DNA of 64,000 nt from Felis catus (taxonomy: Eukaryota): assembly GCF_018350175.1 (NCBI RefSeq), contig NC_058384.1, positions 66,836,001 to 66,900,000 on the forward strand. Direction: 5' to 3'. Under the pieces are notes generated by a model, which was given only the letters and a program-made list of their open reading frames with translations, was not told the origin of the DNA and did not search any database. The position numbers and the translations under genes are program-made. Shown piece after piece: positions 49,799 to 62,899 of this stretch; within the stretch, counting starts at the first letter, position 1, and each line of letters opens with the position of its first letter.

Positions 49799-50496
49799 GT
49801 AGTGTCTCCCCAGTGCAGCCAGGCCCGTGGCTTGGACGCTGGGGGCGCCCTCCGTGCGGCCTTGCTCCAGGCTCTGGCCCCAGAATTGCTCTGGTTGTAG
49901 AGAGGTGTGGGCGGGCGGCTCTGACGGGAAGAGCTTTGGACCAAGGGGCCCGGTAGACTTTCCATCTGTACGTGGGGTGACAGCTCCCGTCCCAGAGCAT
50001 CACAGAGGGTGCTCGGGACAGGGAAGAGCCTTCAGGTGGGTGCATAGCCCTAACTGAGAAGAGAGGAAGAGAGGAGAGCACGTGGTGGTGTCCAGAAGTC
50101 CGCAGAGTGGGTGCCGGGACCCCCTGCGTGGTCTACGCGTCTGCACTCAGAGGAGGGCGGCCTGCCTGGCCGGAGGAGGAGGGGCCACGCGTCGCGTAGA
50201 GCGTGGTTAGGCACTGGGGAAGCTGGAAGATTCGGAAGGCCTGGTGGCCATCTGGTGCGTTGTGCTGGCCGGGCGTAGACCGACGAGCACCTGCGTCCAC
50301 AGGAAGGGCTGAGCCATTAGGGTGGGAGTGGAGCCTCTGAGATGGGGTGGGGACTAGACCCCACCGGAGTTCGGCCTTGGCAGCCCACAGACTCTGCAGA
50401 AGCACCTGCACCCCGGGGGCCGCGGAGAGCCAGTTGGGAAGGAAAGCCGTAGTCTCTCTCTGTGGCTTCACGTTCTTCTCTTCCTCCGGCGTCCAG

Positions 50497-50610
50497 GTTG
50501 GGAAAAGCGGGCATTCCTCCGTGGAAGACGCTCAGGCCACCATGGAGCTGTACAAGTTGGTTGAAGTCGAGTGGGAACAGCACCTGGCCCAGAATCCCCC
50601 AAAGGACTAG
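50497..50610 (+). CDS. ISG20L2: ISG20L2 last coding exon
   Basis: tccag|[19 protein letters not shown] (ExoIII H/D)...NPPKD-TAG. Total CDS 1047 nt = 348 aa + stop. Confidence 0.95.
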   Translation, partial: VGKSGHSSVEDAQATMELYKLVEVEWEQHLAQNPPKD

Positions 50611-51281
50611 CGGCCGCGGAGGCACCGGTGACGAGAGGTGGAGAGCAGCACCGTGCCCGGGAGGACCGGGCAGCAGGACTGGACAGCGGCCCGGCTCGCT
50701 GCCCCAACCGGGAGAGACCGGCTCCACCCCAGACTTAGTCTTCATTGAAATTTCACCTCCGGTGTCGTGTCGTGTCTGGTTGAGAATCCCGCGAGGGAGG
50801 AAGCCCCCGTGTCAGGACCAGCCCTGGACTGTTTCCCTCCTAAATGGTGCTAACTGCAGGTCCCAGGTGCTTGGCTCCAGGCGGGCCTTTTGACTTCGAG
50901 GGGCGGGGCATACTGGGAACCGTTTCCCAAACTGCCTTATCACTAGGGTGGCCGCATGTCCGTTTTATGCCTTTGGTCCTCACGTAAATAGCAGTGCCCT
51001 CTTTCGCGGTCAGAAGTGCGCTGGTTGGCTGGTCACACCGCGTGTCACAGACTCTGCCCTTGGCCTTGTCTGCATCGGAGACATAGCGCCCGTCCTTAGG
51101 GGAGCCATCCCTGGTGAGGTTCAGTTCTTAGGGGTAGGAGAGTGGGACTTGGAGATCAATTTTTCTGATTTTGGAAAGCAACGTCTCTCCTAAAGCGTTA
51201 GAGGATTTATTTAATTTAGATCCCACTTGGTAGGTTAGAAAAGAACTTAAAGTGTTTTCATGGTTTTTAGTCTTTTACTTC

Positions 51282-51287
51282 ATTAAA
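51282..51287 (+). terminator. Probable ISG20L2 poly(A) signal ATTAAA
   Basis: Common hexamer variant within an AT-rich tract ~670 nt after the stop codon. Confidence 0.5.
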
Positions 51288-51395
51288 ACAAATCTTTAAG
51301 GACTCAAATTATTCCCTTGATAAATTTTTATAATGGAAAAACACTCGTGTGCTGTTTTCTTTTCCAGTTTACGCTAAAAAGCTCTGTCACCAGGT

Positions 51396-51493
51396 GGGGC
51401 GCCCGGCTGGCTCGAGTTGTTAGAGCGTGCAACTCTAGATCTCGGGATTGTGAGTTCAGGCCCCACGTTGGGCGTAGAGCCTATTTGAAAAAA
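51396..51493 (+). mobile_element. Short tRNA-derived SINE
   Basis: GGGGCGCCCGGCTGGCTC...GAGTTCAGGCCCCACGTTGGGCGTAGAG, A tail. Confidence 0.8.
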
Positions 51494-54141
51494 GTCTCTG
51501 TGACAAGGTCTCACAGGGCTGTGATTCTGTGAGGGGTCCGGGATCTCTGTGGATGGCCCTAACTGGGCCCTTTTTGGCCAGAAGTCACCAGGAAGCACCG
51601 ACTAAGCCCTCGTGTGTGGCCCGTGTGCTCTGGTGCCCGGTCCCCACCCCACCCCTACCATGAATCGAGCACGCCTGCAGCGGTGCCCCAAGCCACGCAG
51701 ACACCTTCACACACGGGTGTGTGACCAGTGGAGCGATCCAGGGTGGGCACGCGGGAGGGACGGAGCAGGGGCGGGAGGGTGCTGGGTGACGCCAGCCTGG
51801 TCGGTCCTGCCAGCGCTTCCTCGGTGGCACACGCCCTCCCGGGAAGGTGAGTCACGGGTCTGACCTCGTGTGTGGGATTGCTTTGTGCACAGTCTTGAGA
51901 GAGTGCGGCCTCCACACTCTTGTGTGGCTTGTGCCCCTCGAGTGGCTGCTTTGGCTCCAGGGGCAGGGCTACGGTCACGGCTGCCGGTAGAAGGGGATTT
52001 CCTGCAGCCAGCCCGGACTTCAGACGCGGCCTTGCCGTCCTGTCCTGCACCGCGGGACCCGCTTGCACGGGCAGCTCTGGAGCTCAGAGCAAGTTGGTTC
52101 CTGCTGAGCCTGACACACGGAACGTCTGTGACACCGCAGAGACGTACCAGGCGCCCTCACACACACCTCTAGGTCTAGGTGGGAATGATCTAGGAGGGCC
52201 GCGCCCAAAACCGGGAATACGCTGAAAGCAAGTCTTAGTTACGTTTTAATCAGTTAAGGCGGGAGACGACGAAAAATCTCAGTTGAGTTCAGTTTGGGGG
52301 GTACACGTCGGCTGGACTTGGCCTTGTGGGTGTCTGGGTAAACAGCAGCTGACCCTTGCACTTCCTCTCCACCCCACCGCACCCCCATGTCCTGAAAGGC
52401 ACCTGGTCTCGGTTAACGCTGGAAAGAGCTGTCTTCTGCTCACCACGAAGAACCTGGGGACCAGAGGACCTTGTGACCGTTTTCCTCAGCATTTTCTCTC
52501 CTCACACTTTCTGGGTAGAGCCCAGCTTGCCCTGCAAGGGTGCCTCCTTAAGTCCCCTTCCTTCTCTGCTCCTCTGTCCCCAGGGGCCTGGCTTCCTCCA
52601 AGAGGGTGGCCAGCCCCTTGCAGATTGCTGCCCGAATTCCAATCAGCAAGCGTTTTGCCTGAACTGCGGCAAAACACGAGCTCTTCCAATGCCTTCTCTT
52701 CATAGAGGAAGGACGTGTTCTGATTCAGGGACCCCTTCTGTGGGTGAGGTCAGCAAACGGCAGCGCGTGAGAAGTGGACCCTGCCAACGTCGTCTCAACG
52801 GCCTGAACCTTAGCGAAGCGGTTCTCAATAGGGGCAGGGCGGCGTGTGTGGGAATTTGAGGTGATCGTGCCGCCCTGTCTCCACTGATGGCCGCAGCGAA
52901 GGCTGCAAGGAGGAGTCGTTTGATTCCTGGTTTAACAGATGATTACAGCTGACAATAGGGAAGCACAACAGGACTGTAATTATGAACTTGCCCCAAGGTA
53001 CGTCAGCCCGAGTCCGTGTTGGGAGAGACCATACGCAGGTGTGAAATACGCCAGGTGTGTCTGCGAGTATGTCCTGTCTGCACTGTGTATCTTCTGTCTA
53101 CACTGTTGCTCACAGAGCACTTGCGTTTACTCTGCAGAGCAAGCCCTCAGCCCATGGCAGAAGAGCAAGTTACCCTGTACTGATACTGATACTGATACTG
53201 ATACAAGTTACTGATAACATGTTTCAAGTTTGGTTTCACCGCATTCCGCATTGGTGGCTGTCGGTTTCCTTCTGGGGCTTAAGGACTCCAGCATCAAGAT
53301 CCTGAGATTCTTTTCTACCCCTGATGGGTAACTAATGGTTGCCATCGATAATAATGACAACAGCCCCTGGTCTTTGTGTCCCTGCGTTGGGCACTGTGCT
53401 AAGTCCTGGAGGCACACTGTGCCATTCTCGGGAAGGTAGGCGGTGCTGTTCTAGGACAGCTCTCAAGGAAGCCTAGGTTGACAAACGATAAATCGCGCCC
53501 AGGCCAAATAGCTGGGGGTTGGCGCTGGCACTCGGACCTGCCAGCTGTGCCTGAAGCCTCCGCTCTTAGCCACTGCCCTACTCCGCTCTTAACCCGTCCG
53601 GGCGGCACCTGATGAGACTTGGAATCCTGCTCGGATATCGACGAAGCACCTGCTGTGTGCAGGTCCTGTGGCAGACCCCAGGGAAACGGTGTGGCCTTTG
53701 TCCCCCAGCTGCTTACAGTCTGAAAAAGAGACACCAGTAAATCCATTTCAGTGGCAAGCTGTCCGGGGCCGTTGTGGGATTTAAAGCTGGGGAGTGATGT
53801 GGTCACATTTGTGTTTTAGGAAGACGCTGCTGGCAGCCAGATGGAAGCAGGATTGGAGAAGGGCCTCTCAGGAGAGGGGTTCTGTGGACGAGCCCGGGTG
53901 AGCGGTGACCGAGGCCTGGGTCCATGAGGCAGGAGGGTGCACCTGAGCGTCCCTGAGGAGGTGGAATCAGTGTGGCCCAGAGAGCAGGGCGAGAAGATCA
54001 GAGGCTGTCTTGCTCTTTCTGAGCTGCAGGAAGAGACAGTGGTGCCGTCAGCCGTGAGGGTGGTGCGTGCGGCGGGCAGAAGAGCGGGCTTCTGAGGAGG
54101 CCGACTTGGGTTGACTCAGAAGACACCAGACTGCAGCTCAG

Positions 54142-54142
<1 letters not shown>

Positions 54143-54190
<48 letters not shown>
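54143..54190. repeat. G48 homopolymer
   Basis: 48 consecutive G. Confidence 0.9.
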
Positions 54191-54193
<3 letters not shown>

Positions 54194-54500
54194 CTTAGGG
54201 ACGACAGGGCAACAGCGGGGGGCGCCTCGGATGGGGGTGAGGGCGTCACATAGAAAAGTGTACAAAGGAGAGCACGAGGTCAAGACCAGAGGCTTGGGGA
54301 TGCTGTTCCTACAAGCCCCGGAGGAAGGCCTAAGGGAGGCCATCAGATGGGCCAGAGGAGGCTTTCCAGGAGGGAGGGGATGGTATCAGACACCACACAG
54401 AGGACCAGTAAGATGAGAGCCAAGGAAAGGGCCTGTTATTTGTATCAATTTGGTGCCTTTCATCTGAGCAGCGTCTGCGGTGGGGGCGGGGAGAGGTGGG

Positions 54501-55215
54501 GCGGCAATCTGGAGGGATCTGGAGGGATCTGGAGGGTGGTGATCTGGAGGCATCTGGAGGGATCTGGAGGGTGGCGATCTGGAGGCATCTGGAGGGTGGT
54601 GATCCGGAGGGATCTGGAGGGCAGGGATCTGGAGGGTGGTGATCTGGAGGGCGGTGATCCAGAGGGATCTGGAGGGTGGTGATCTGGAGGGATCTGGAGG
54701 GATCTGGAGGGTGGTGATCTGGAGGGATCTGGAGGGTGGCGATCCGGAGGCATCTGGAGGGCGGCGATCCGGAGGCATCTGGAGGGCAGTGATCTGGAGG
54801 CATCTGGAGGGCAGGGATCTGGAGGGATCTGGAGGGATCTGGAGGGTGGTGATCTGGAGGCATCTGGAGGGATCTCCAGGGATCTGGAGGGTGGCGATCT
54901 GGAGGCATCTGGAGGGTGGTGATCCGGAGGCATCTGGAGGGTGGTGATCTGGAGGGATCTGGAGGGCAGGGATCTGGAGGGTGGTGATCTGGAGGCATCT
55001 GGAGGGCGGCGATCCGGAGGCATCTGGAGGGCGGCGATCCGGAGGCATCTGGAGGGCGGTGATCCACAGGGATCTGGAGGGTGGTGATCTGGAGGGATCT
55101 GGAGGGATCTGGAGGGTGGTGATCCGGAGGCATCTGGAGGGATCTGGAGGGTGGTGATCTGGAGGGATCTGGAGGGTGGCAATCCGGAGGCATCTGGAGG
55201 GCGGCGATCTGGAGA
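54501..55215. repeat. Composite 10/15-bp tandem repeat built from pentamers (GGAGG, GATCT/CATCT, GTGGT/GCGGC)
   Basis: GGAGGGATCT, GGAGGCATCT and GGAGGGTGGTGATCT units; exact 5-bp register kept over ~715 bp. Confidence 0.97.
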
Positions 55216-55825
55216 GCAGTCTGAAGATGCTGCCAGCAAAGCCGTGGACCACAAGTGCTGAGGAAGATGGGCACTACAGCAGGTCCCAAAAGACTGAGGA
55301 GATGGCGTCTTGAGGTTAGCCTCGTCCAGGAACAGGGGTGACTTGTCTTCTGGGACCAAAAGAAAGAGGCAAGGGTGGGGCCGATGGGTATGTTCCCAGG
55401 CAGCACCTGGTGACCTGGATGGCTTACTAAGTCCAAGCAGAGCATGGGCCACAAACCAGGGAACAGACTTTTGGCACAGCCATGGAGACAAGAGAGTGAG
55501 CTGACGGAGTTCGCAAGAAAGGGCAGAGGTCCTGGGTGACGTCAGAACCTGAGTTTGCACTTGCTGGCTATCCTGGCTCTTTCTGGCCTCACTCTTTGGG
55601 CAGTCCACATAGAGAAGTGGAGAGTTTACATGGTCGGGGCCGGGTGGGCTGCAGACGGAGGCGGGGGTGTGCTGGAGCCCAAGGAGCTGCGGCCCCGAGA
55701 GGCTAAGCTGTTGGATGCGAGTCAGAGACCCGCGGGTGCCCGCTGCAGGCTCAGAGACCCGGTCAGGGTGGAGCCTGAGTTGGATCTTCAGTGACCCGGG
55801 CAGATGTGGCCATAAGCATATGGCA

Positions 55826-56310
55826 TTTCTTTTTAGGTTTATTTATTTATTGAGAGATCGGGAGAGAGAGAATCCCAAGCAGGCTCCTGTCAGCGCAGAG
55901 CCCTCTGCGGGGCTCCCACTCACGAACCCAAGATCATGACCTGAGCCGAGATCGAGAGTCTGATGCTTAGCCAACCGAACCACCCAGGCGCCCGCAAGCA
56001 CATGGCATTTCTAAAAGGGGGGCTGAGGCGTCACTGAGGAGCCTGAAGAATCCGGAGCTCTCCTGGCTAGGGCGGGGCCACTCTCGTTTTCAGACCTCAT
56101 TTTTGTCAAAGTACTTCCTTCGTGCGCTTATCCAGGACAACTAAGTAAATGATGAAATCAACAAGGGTACCGGGTGCCTGGGTGGCTCAGTCAGTTGAGT
56201 GTCCAACTCTTGATTTCAGCTCAGGCCAAGCCCCCCGTGGGGCTCTGGGCTGACAGTGCGGAGCCTGCTTGGGATTCTCTCTCTCTCTCTAAATAAATAA
56301 AGTCAAAAAA
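55826..56310. mobile_element. Can-SINEs: 55826-55993 (-) and 56172-56310 (+)
   Basis: GAATCCCAAGCAGGCTCC..CACCCAGGCGCCC; GGGTGCCTGGGTGGCTCAG..AAATAAATAAA. Confidence 0.85.
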
Positions 56311-56394
56311 GAACAAGACTGCTAATGAAAGGTGCAACCGATTGTTTCTTTCCGCCTTAATAGTCACTGCTTGTGGCTGAAGTCATTTGCTTAC

Positions 56395-56900
56395 TCTTCA
56401 TTCATTTGTTCAAGAGATGTTTATTGAGCACCAACTGTATGCCAGACTCTGCTGTAGGCCAGCACAGCCCACGTGGCCTTCCCTTGCGGCCAGGCGCCAC
56501 AAGTGACACGAGGAACAGTGAGGACGGAGACGGACGTATATGCACATGTGCTTTGTAGATGGGCTGTTTACAGAAGTCGTCTCTGAGGGCAGCACATATG
56601 AGCAGAGACCCGAAAACAGTGAAGGAAGCAGTCGTGTAATCTGGGGAAGAACATTCCAGGGAGAGTGAGAGGTGCCAGGGCCCTGAGGCAGGAGGACACT
56701 TGGTGTGATCAGGAGCAGAGCCAGCCAAGGGGCAAGTGGTAGGAGGTGGGGTCGGTGGGCAGGGGGGACGGAGGGAGGAAGTTTGAACCTTCGGCTGCTG
56801 TAAGGACTCGGCTTATAGCTGCACAAGACAGAGCCGTTGCAGGGATTTGAGCAAAGGCGTGGTTTGAACTGACTGAGGTGCAGAGGACCCCCTCCCAGCC
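56395..56900 (-). mobile_element. L2 3' fragment
   Basis: CATTCATTTGTTCAAGAGATGTTTATTGAGCACCAACTGTATGCCAG...CATTCCAGG...GGGCCCTGAGG. Confidence 0.65.
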
Positions 56901-57182
56901 CTGGGCGGCCGCGAGGGGACAGAATGGGGACAGAGGACCATGAAGCCTCTTGCCCTGTCGAGGAGAGAGGACGGGATCCCCGGCCGCCCTGATTTAGGAC
57001 GGATGAACTTCACACACATGGGCGATCTCTGGTGCGGTTGATCCTGAACGGACGTTCATTTCATTTCATTTCAATTCATTTTTTTTAGTAACCCCTACAC
57101 CCAGCATGGGGCTTGAACCCACGACCCCAAGATCAAGAGTCACACGCTCCTCTGATTGAACCAGCCTTAAGAATCTGGAATG

Positions 57183-57372
57183 GGGGCGCCTGGGTGGCTC
57201 AGTAGGTTAAGCGTCTGACTTCGGCTCAGGTCATGATCTCGCGGTCCGTGAGTTCGAGCCCCGCGTCGGGCTCTGTGCTGACGGCTCGGAGCCTGGGGCC
57301 TGCTTCGGATTCTGTGTCTCCCTCTCTCTCTGCCCCTCCCCAACTTGTGCTCTCTCTCTTATAAATAAAAAA
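57183..57372 (+). mobile_element. Can-SINE (SINEC_Fc-like)
   Basis: Near-consensus GGGGCGCCTGGGTGGCTCAG...GAGTTCGAGCCCCGCGTCGGGCTCTG. Confidence 0.92.
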
Positions 57373-58628
57373 GGAGCAAAGCTTTGGGATCAGCTCCATT
57401 CCAGGCAGCACGTGGGACACTCACAGCGCGGGGCCGACCCACCACTCCTCTCAAGGCCTGACCTGCGGCCCTGGCCCCACTGTCACAGCTCCAAGCAGCA
57501 TCAGGAACCCAGTCTGTCTGGCATCCCTGGGTCAGGACAGCTTCCACCAAGGAAGGGTCGGTCTCTTTTTTCCTTCCACCCCTATGGAATCCTGTTCGGT
57601 CGCTTCTTTGGAAAGATTCCATGAGAGGGATCCAACCATAATCAAAGGAGGAAGGAGGCTGACTGCCCCTGCCCTGGGAGCCGGGGGAGGGAGACGGAGC
57701 CCACACCCAGGACCCACAGGGAGGCAGATAATCCAGCCCAGCAGCTCCAGCCGGGCTGGGGCGAGAGCGGGGAGCTTTCCTGAAGGATGGGAGGGTGGAG
57801 CCCAGGCAGCGGCAAAGGGGCCCTCTGGAGAAAGGGCTGAGTGTTCTGGCAGCTTCCTCCTAGGCTGGGACCCTCCCTCCACACACACCCTCATCTCCGA
57901 GGCAGTGGGCGCCTCCCCTCGCCTTGGCTTCAGTTCCTGGGGGCCTAGTGCCGGAGCTCAGAAGAGGGGATTTGGCCCACAGAGACCACAGTACCCACAC
58001 GCAGCAAGAGAGGCACACCCCACGAGTGTTCTGGACCCAGGACTGGCTCCGTCTCTGGGCCAGTTACTGCCAGCTCAGCTCGGCGGGAACCCAGATCACC
58101 TGAAAACCTGAGGCTGGTCCCAGAGCTCTGGGGTTTAGGAGGTGCGAGAGTGCCTAATCCAGGAGACGCTGCCACCGGCTCCTTTGATCCCCCAGGGACG
58201 ACGACGTGTCCCTGCGAATCCCCAAGTGCCAAAACTGCCCCTGGGATGTCTTCCCCATGTTGGCGGAGGAGACACAGGCAGGGGAGGTGGGGCTTGGTCG
58301 GGGCAGCCCCACCACGTGAAATTCACAGGCACTAGCCCGGTGCCCTCAGGGAATCCAGGCGGGCTGGGGGCCCCAGTGTGAGATGGGGTGGTGTAGGGAG
58401 TGCAGGGCAGGGGGAGGCCGGAGACTGCTCATTCTCTCTCTTTGACAGCTAACATTTTCCAGACCAGAGCTGGCGCCCGCATGAGAAAGGAAATCAGAGC
58501 TGCCCACCTCACACATCTTTTTCCCATTTTGTTCATGCTGCCCGGGGAAAGCCATTAGGGCTCAGGCTGTCTGGGCCTCCCCCACCGCCCATCTCTAGCA
58601 GACTGTAAGGAGGGGCAGGGATGGGGGG

Positions 58629-58645
58629 GGGTCACTGGAAGGACA
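58629..58645 (+). promoter_or_regulatory. DR5 retinoic acid response element (putative CRABP2 far-upstream RARE)
   Basis: GGGTCA-ctgga-AGGACA. Matches my recollection of the human CRABP2 DR5 (GGGTCA-ttgga-AGGACA, ~5.6 kb upstream), and the synteny fits. Confidence 0.8.
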
Positions 58646-61600
58646 AGGCCCTAGCCTGCTAAGGGGCCAGACGCTGAACTCTTGTGTCCTTTAACTCCCT
58701 GCCCACTTAAGATGGGAATGTGGGGGCAGGGACTGGGAAGCTGGGCTTCTGGGGCCCTCCCCCACTCTGCTCACTCCCCTGCACCTCTGTCTGCGGGAGT
58801 CTGGCCCACTGGCCCTACAGAGAGGCGAGCCTGGGCCTGGTCTGCAGCAGGAAGCATCCTGGAGTCGGGGAAGCTGGTCCTTACTATCTAGCTTCCGGGG
58901 CTCTGGCCTCCTCCCTGGAGCCAGGCAGGGGCAGGGGCACCCAGCCCAACTACTGGGTGTCACTGCCTGCAGGCGTGCTTCGTGGGGCGGGGAGAAGACG
59001 CGAAGGGAGCACCCAGGAGCCTAGCCGAGGAGTCCTCCTCTAGCTGACCTCCTTCCTGACGCTGACCCATCAGCCCCTGTTGTCCTGCCCCGGCTCCTGG
59101 GGACAGAGTCCAATGCCCTCTTTCTAGCCCCGTCCAGAACCTCAAAGCCCAGACCTCACAACCTCACAGCCTCTTCTCTGGCACCGTAACCCCCTCCCCC
59201 CCCTCCTGCCCCTTTCCTGTCCAGTCCCAGAGTCTGCCTCTCTGGCCCAGTGCCCACCCTCTGCAGCCCAGGCCAGAGCAGGAAGAGAGCACCCACCCCG
59301 CGTGCAGCCCTGCAGATCTCCTTCTTCTTCCCGAAACTCCTGATCATCTCAACAGGGAGAGGGATTCCCGGGACCTCTGGCTCTTCTTCAGTTTCCCCGT
59401 CCTCAGAGAGCGGGAGAGGAGGCATCTGGGAGATGGCTTGGGCCCCCAGGGCCAGTCCTGTGCAAGACCACCGCCTGCCGACTGCCACACTTGTCTCTGC
59501 TCCGGCTTCCCTTTCCTGCCCTGGGCTGCCAGGGGTTAAGGGGCCGGTGCCCAGCACAGGGTGGGAGTGGCAGAGGGGTCCAGCCCCAGTCACTGGCTCA
59601 TAAAAGCCAAGAGGAGTTTAACTGCGGGTCACGGTGCTGGTGCCGCCTGACTTCTCCCTCCAGTAGTGCTGCCCTGGGAGGGGGAGGGGCTCCTTCCGGA
59701 GGGGAAACGGGGGGGGGGGGGGGGGGCGGGAGGGGCACAGCTGGCCAGAGTCAGGCCCAGGCCTGTGTAGCTTCAGATGCTGGCAGTTGCCATCAACAGT
59801 GCCAGCCACGCTGGATCCCTGACTTAACGCTGGAGGTTCTCCAAGAGGCAGGAAGACCAGAGTAAGAGGAGCCCGACTTCGGTGCCTGTCGCCGACCGCA
59901 GTAGGCAAGAATGGGCAGCGGCCTGGGTGGGGAGAGAGGTGATGCCCTATGCCAGACCAGCAGGAAGCACCAGTCTGGAACAAAGGCAGAGGGACAGAGA
60001 AGCAAAGATCCCGGGGTCAGGGAGCGAGAACAGCGTGACCGGAGGCCAGCTGAGCCAGGGGCCTCTCTCGGGGGACAAGATTCAGTCTGGACACGTCCTC
60101 AGCCAGGGCATCCCCACCTCCTCCCTCTTGCCTGCCCCGCTAGGGGCCCGGCCCAGCCCTGGGGAGAGCGTTGGCAGCTGGGAACCAGTCACCAGAGCCA
60201 AAAACAACAGAGGAGCCGCCTGGGCGCCGGGGCGCAGACCCTCGCCGCTCTGACTGACTTCTGACTCGGGCAGCCCCCCCCCCCCCCACCCCGACCGTCT
60301 GACCCTGCCGGGCCGCACCTGCCCTGGAGGTCACTGTCATCCCCTCTGAGTCCAGCTGCCCCTTTCTTCAGGTCACTCGGGATTCTCTGCCGCCCTTTCC
60401 CTGGTTTGCAGGGAGGTGAGTCGCCTGCTTTCCAGGCCTCTGGCCCTGTCCCCCAGACGGCACCTCGGCTCACTGGAAGCTCTTTTCCAGTCTAACCTCC
60501 GTGCGTCCTGCTACAACAGCAATCTGATGTGGGGAGAGTCGACGCCAGGCCTTACCAAAGCCTTGCAAAGGGCTGGGTCCCTGAACCCAGGGAGACAGAC
60601 AAGAATGGAACATTCCCCTCGGTCCTGAGGGGTCAGACCAGACCAGGGGGCAAGAGGCTTGAGTTCACACTGCCCCATGTGGAATGCTGATGGCCTGGGG
60701 ACCCAGGGGACACCACTGTCCTTCCCCGGCCACTCCTGGCTCTTTTATCCTCCTCTCAGACACCCCCCCCCCCCGCCCTGCTGCCCCCACACTGAGTGGC
60801 AGAGACCCAGTGTCCAGCCTCACCTGGGTTTAATTTCTACAGGACTCCCAGCCAACAAACTCTCTGACCCAGCAGATGTAATAACACTGCTCAGGGTGAG
60901 GCTCGTATACAAGTGCTGAGTTTGGCCAGAGAATCTTCTCCGGTCCCAGTAGGTCGGGGAGGGGAAGGGGTTCATGACTGGGCGGGAGGGGGGTGGGATT
61001 CGTGACTCTCCCACTCTTTCCAACCCCAGCTGGGCTGCTGGTCCCTCCAGCCCCATCCTCACCGAAGTGATGGAGAGGGGGTAGGGGCAGCTCCTCTTCC
61101 CAAGCCCCCAGACCCGTTCCCCCCCCCCCGCCCCGTAGGGCACACATCTACATCCACTCGTGCTCACGCCCCTCCACCCAGCCAGGAGTGTGCCAACCTC
61201 CATTCCTTCCGCTGCAAAACCAGCCACTTTCCTCTCAGCCACCGAGCAATGGGAACAAAGCCCCAGAACGTTCCTTTCCTAACTGTTAGCCCAGTTTCCT
61301 CCCCACCCCACCCCCATTCTGCCTCCGCTGTTCTAGCTTTTCTCATCAACTTTGCGCCCCCTCCCTGAGTCTCCAAATTCCTGGGGGAGCCCCCAACAGG
61401 GGTAGGACCAAGGCTCCTAGAAAGCTAGAAAGGGAGATTGGGTTGCACACTCCCCCCCCACCCCCCTACCCCCCGGGGCAGATCTGCATCAGGTTTGGTC
61501 ATAATGAAAAGGCCAGCAACACTAGGGAAATTCCTTCTCCTTATTGATCCTGGAGGGAAATTAAAGCCAGTTGTTTGTGACTGAGTGACTGACGATGGGG

Positions 61601-62899
61601 TGGGGGTTAAGCTCCTCCCCGCTGCCCGGTTCCAAGCCTAGCCCCTGGGCTCCCCATCCCCCACTGGTAGCCCCCTTTCCCAACCCCCAGTCCTCTTGTC
61701 CCATTCACAGTGTCCCCTAAGCCCCTTCCCCTGCATCTTCCCCGGAGCCCCCTCCACTTGCCCGTCCGCCAGCACGCTGCCCGTGGGCTCACAGGGCTGC
61801 TGGGGGCTGGGACCGCCGGCCTAGCTTCTCAGACCCCATACCCATCCCCTCAGCCAGGGTTGGGGTGCCGGGGGCCGGGCCGGAGCTCAGGCTCAGAGCT
61901 GCCAAACCACAAGCACTCACATCTGGAAAAAATTCCCTTCCCAGCCCGACTTCCCTTTGTCTTACTTCTGTCTCTTTGGAACTTCTGGCTGCCTGGCCAA
62001 GGGGTGGGGGGGTTGGGGTGAGGAAGTGAAGGGAGGTGTATGGGCCCAGGCCTCCCTGCCCCCACCCCAGAGAGCCCCCTTCCAAGCTCGCCAGGATCCT
62101 CAGCCAGACCACATCCCTCCTCTGTGCTCCTGTCGGTCCAGCCTCCTGCTGACCATCTTTTGGGTGAGGTTTTAACATCCTTAGTCACCAGGCCCGTGGG
62201 GGAGCCGGCCTGCACCGGCCCTTCGAGGGCTGGTGTGGAGAGGAGGTGGTCGTGGTGACCCGGGTCAAGACCAAGACTTGGGCGCGGGAGCGGGGGGAGG
62301 GGTGCATGGGTTCCTGCCCTGTTCCCTCCCCCAGGCCTCTCCTCATCCCTTTGGCCAGGAGCCTGATTTCACTGTCAGAACCGAATCCCCCTCCCTTTAC
62401 CTACAGCAGCGCCAGTGGGTGGGGGGAGGAGCACAGCCGGGCGTCCAACCCCAGGCCCCAGGCATCCCCCCAGCCCTCCCCTCCACCACCTCTGCTTTTG
62501 TCTGTCCTTCCTCCAAGAGCTCCGACCTGCTGCCCTTTTACTGCAGAAGCCCAGGCCGCCCCCCCACCCCCAGAGAAGCCCTCCCACACAAGCCCGGGAC
62601 CCCTAAAGCCCGGCTGAAGCACGCAGCTCCCTCCCTTAAGCAGGGCAGTCCCGCCGCCATCCATCCCTTCAGTTCAGAGGCACCCCGGCTGCTGCACTGT
62701 CTGCACACAGGCATTTTTCAGGGATTCCCCTCTTCACAGCACGGAGGGAGCCCCAGCACTTGTCCAGGCTTCCGTGAAGCTCCCCAGCCCCTCTCCTGGG
62801 GCTCTGTTCCGCCGGCCTCCTCCCCAGCCAAGGCCCCCAACCCTCTTGGCCGGTCCAGGGCTCTAAGAAGAAGGGTTCCGAGTCCCAGTGAGCCTGTCC

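Noticed and set aside
53178-53204. (TACTGA)4 microsatellite
   Set aside because: Ordinary short tandem repeat in intergenic DNA; the DTDTDT and ILILIL peptides in the ORF track are artefacts of it.
54330-55608. Three 288-382 aa minus-strand ORFs
   Set aside because: Stop-free translations of the pentamer VNTR, with the same peptide motifs appearing in all three frames.
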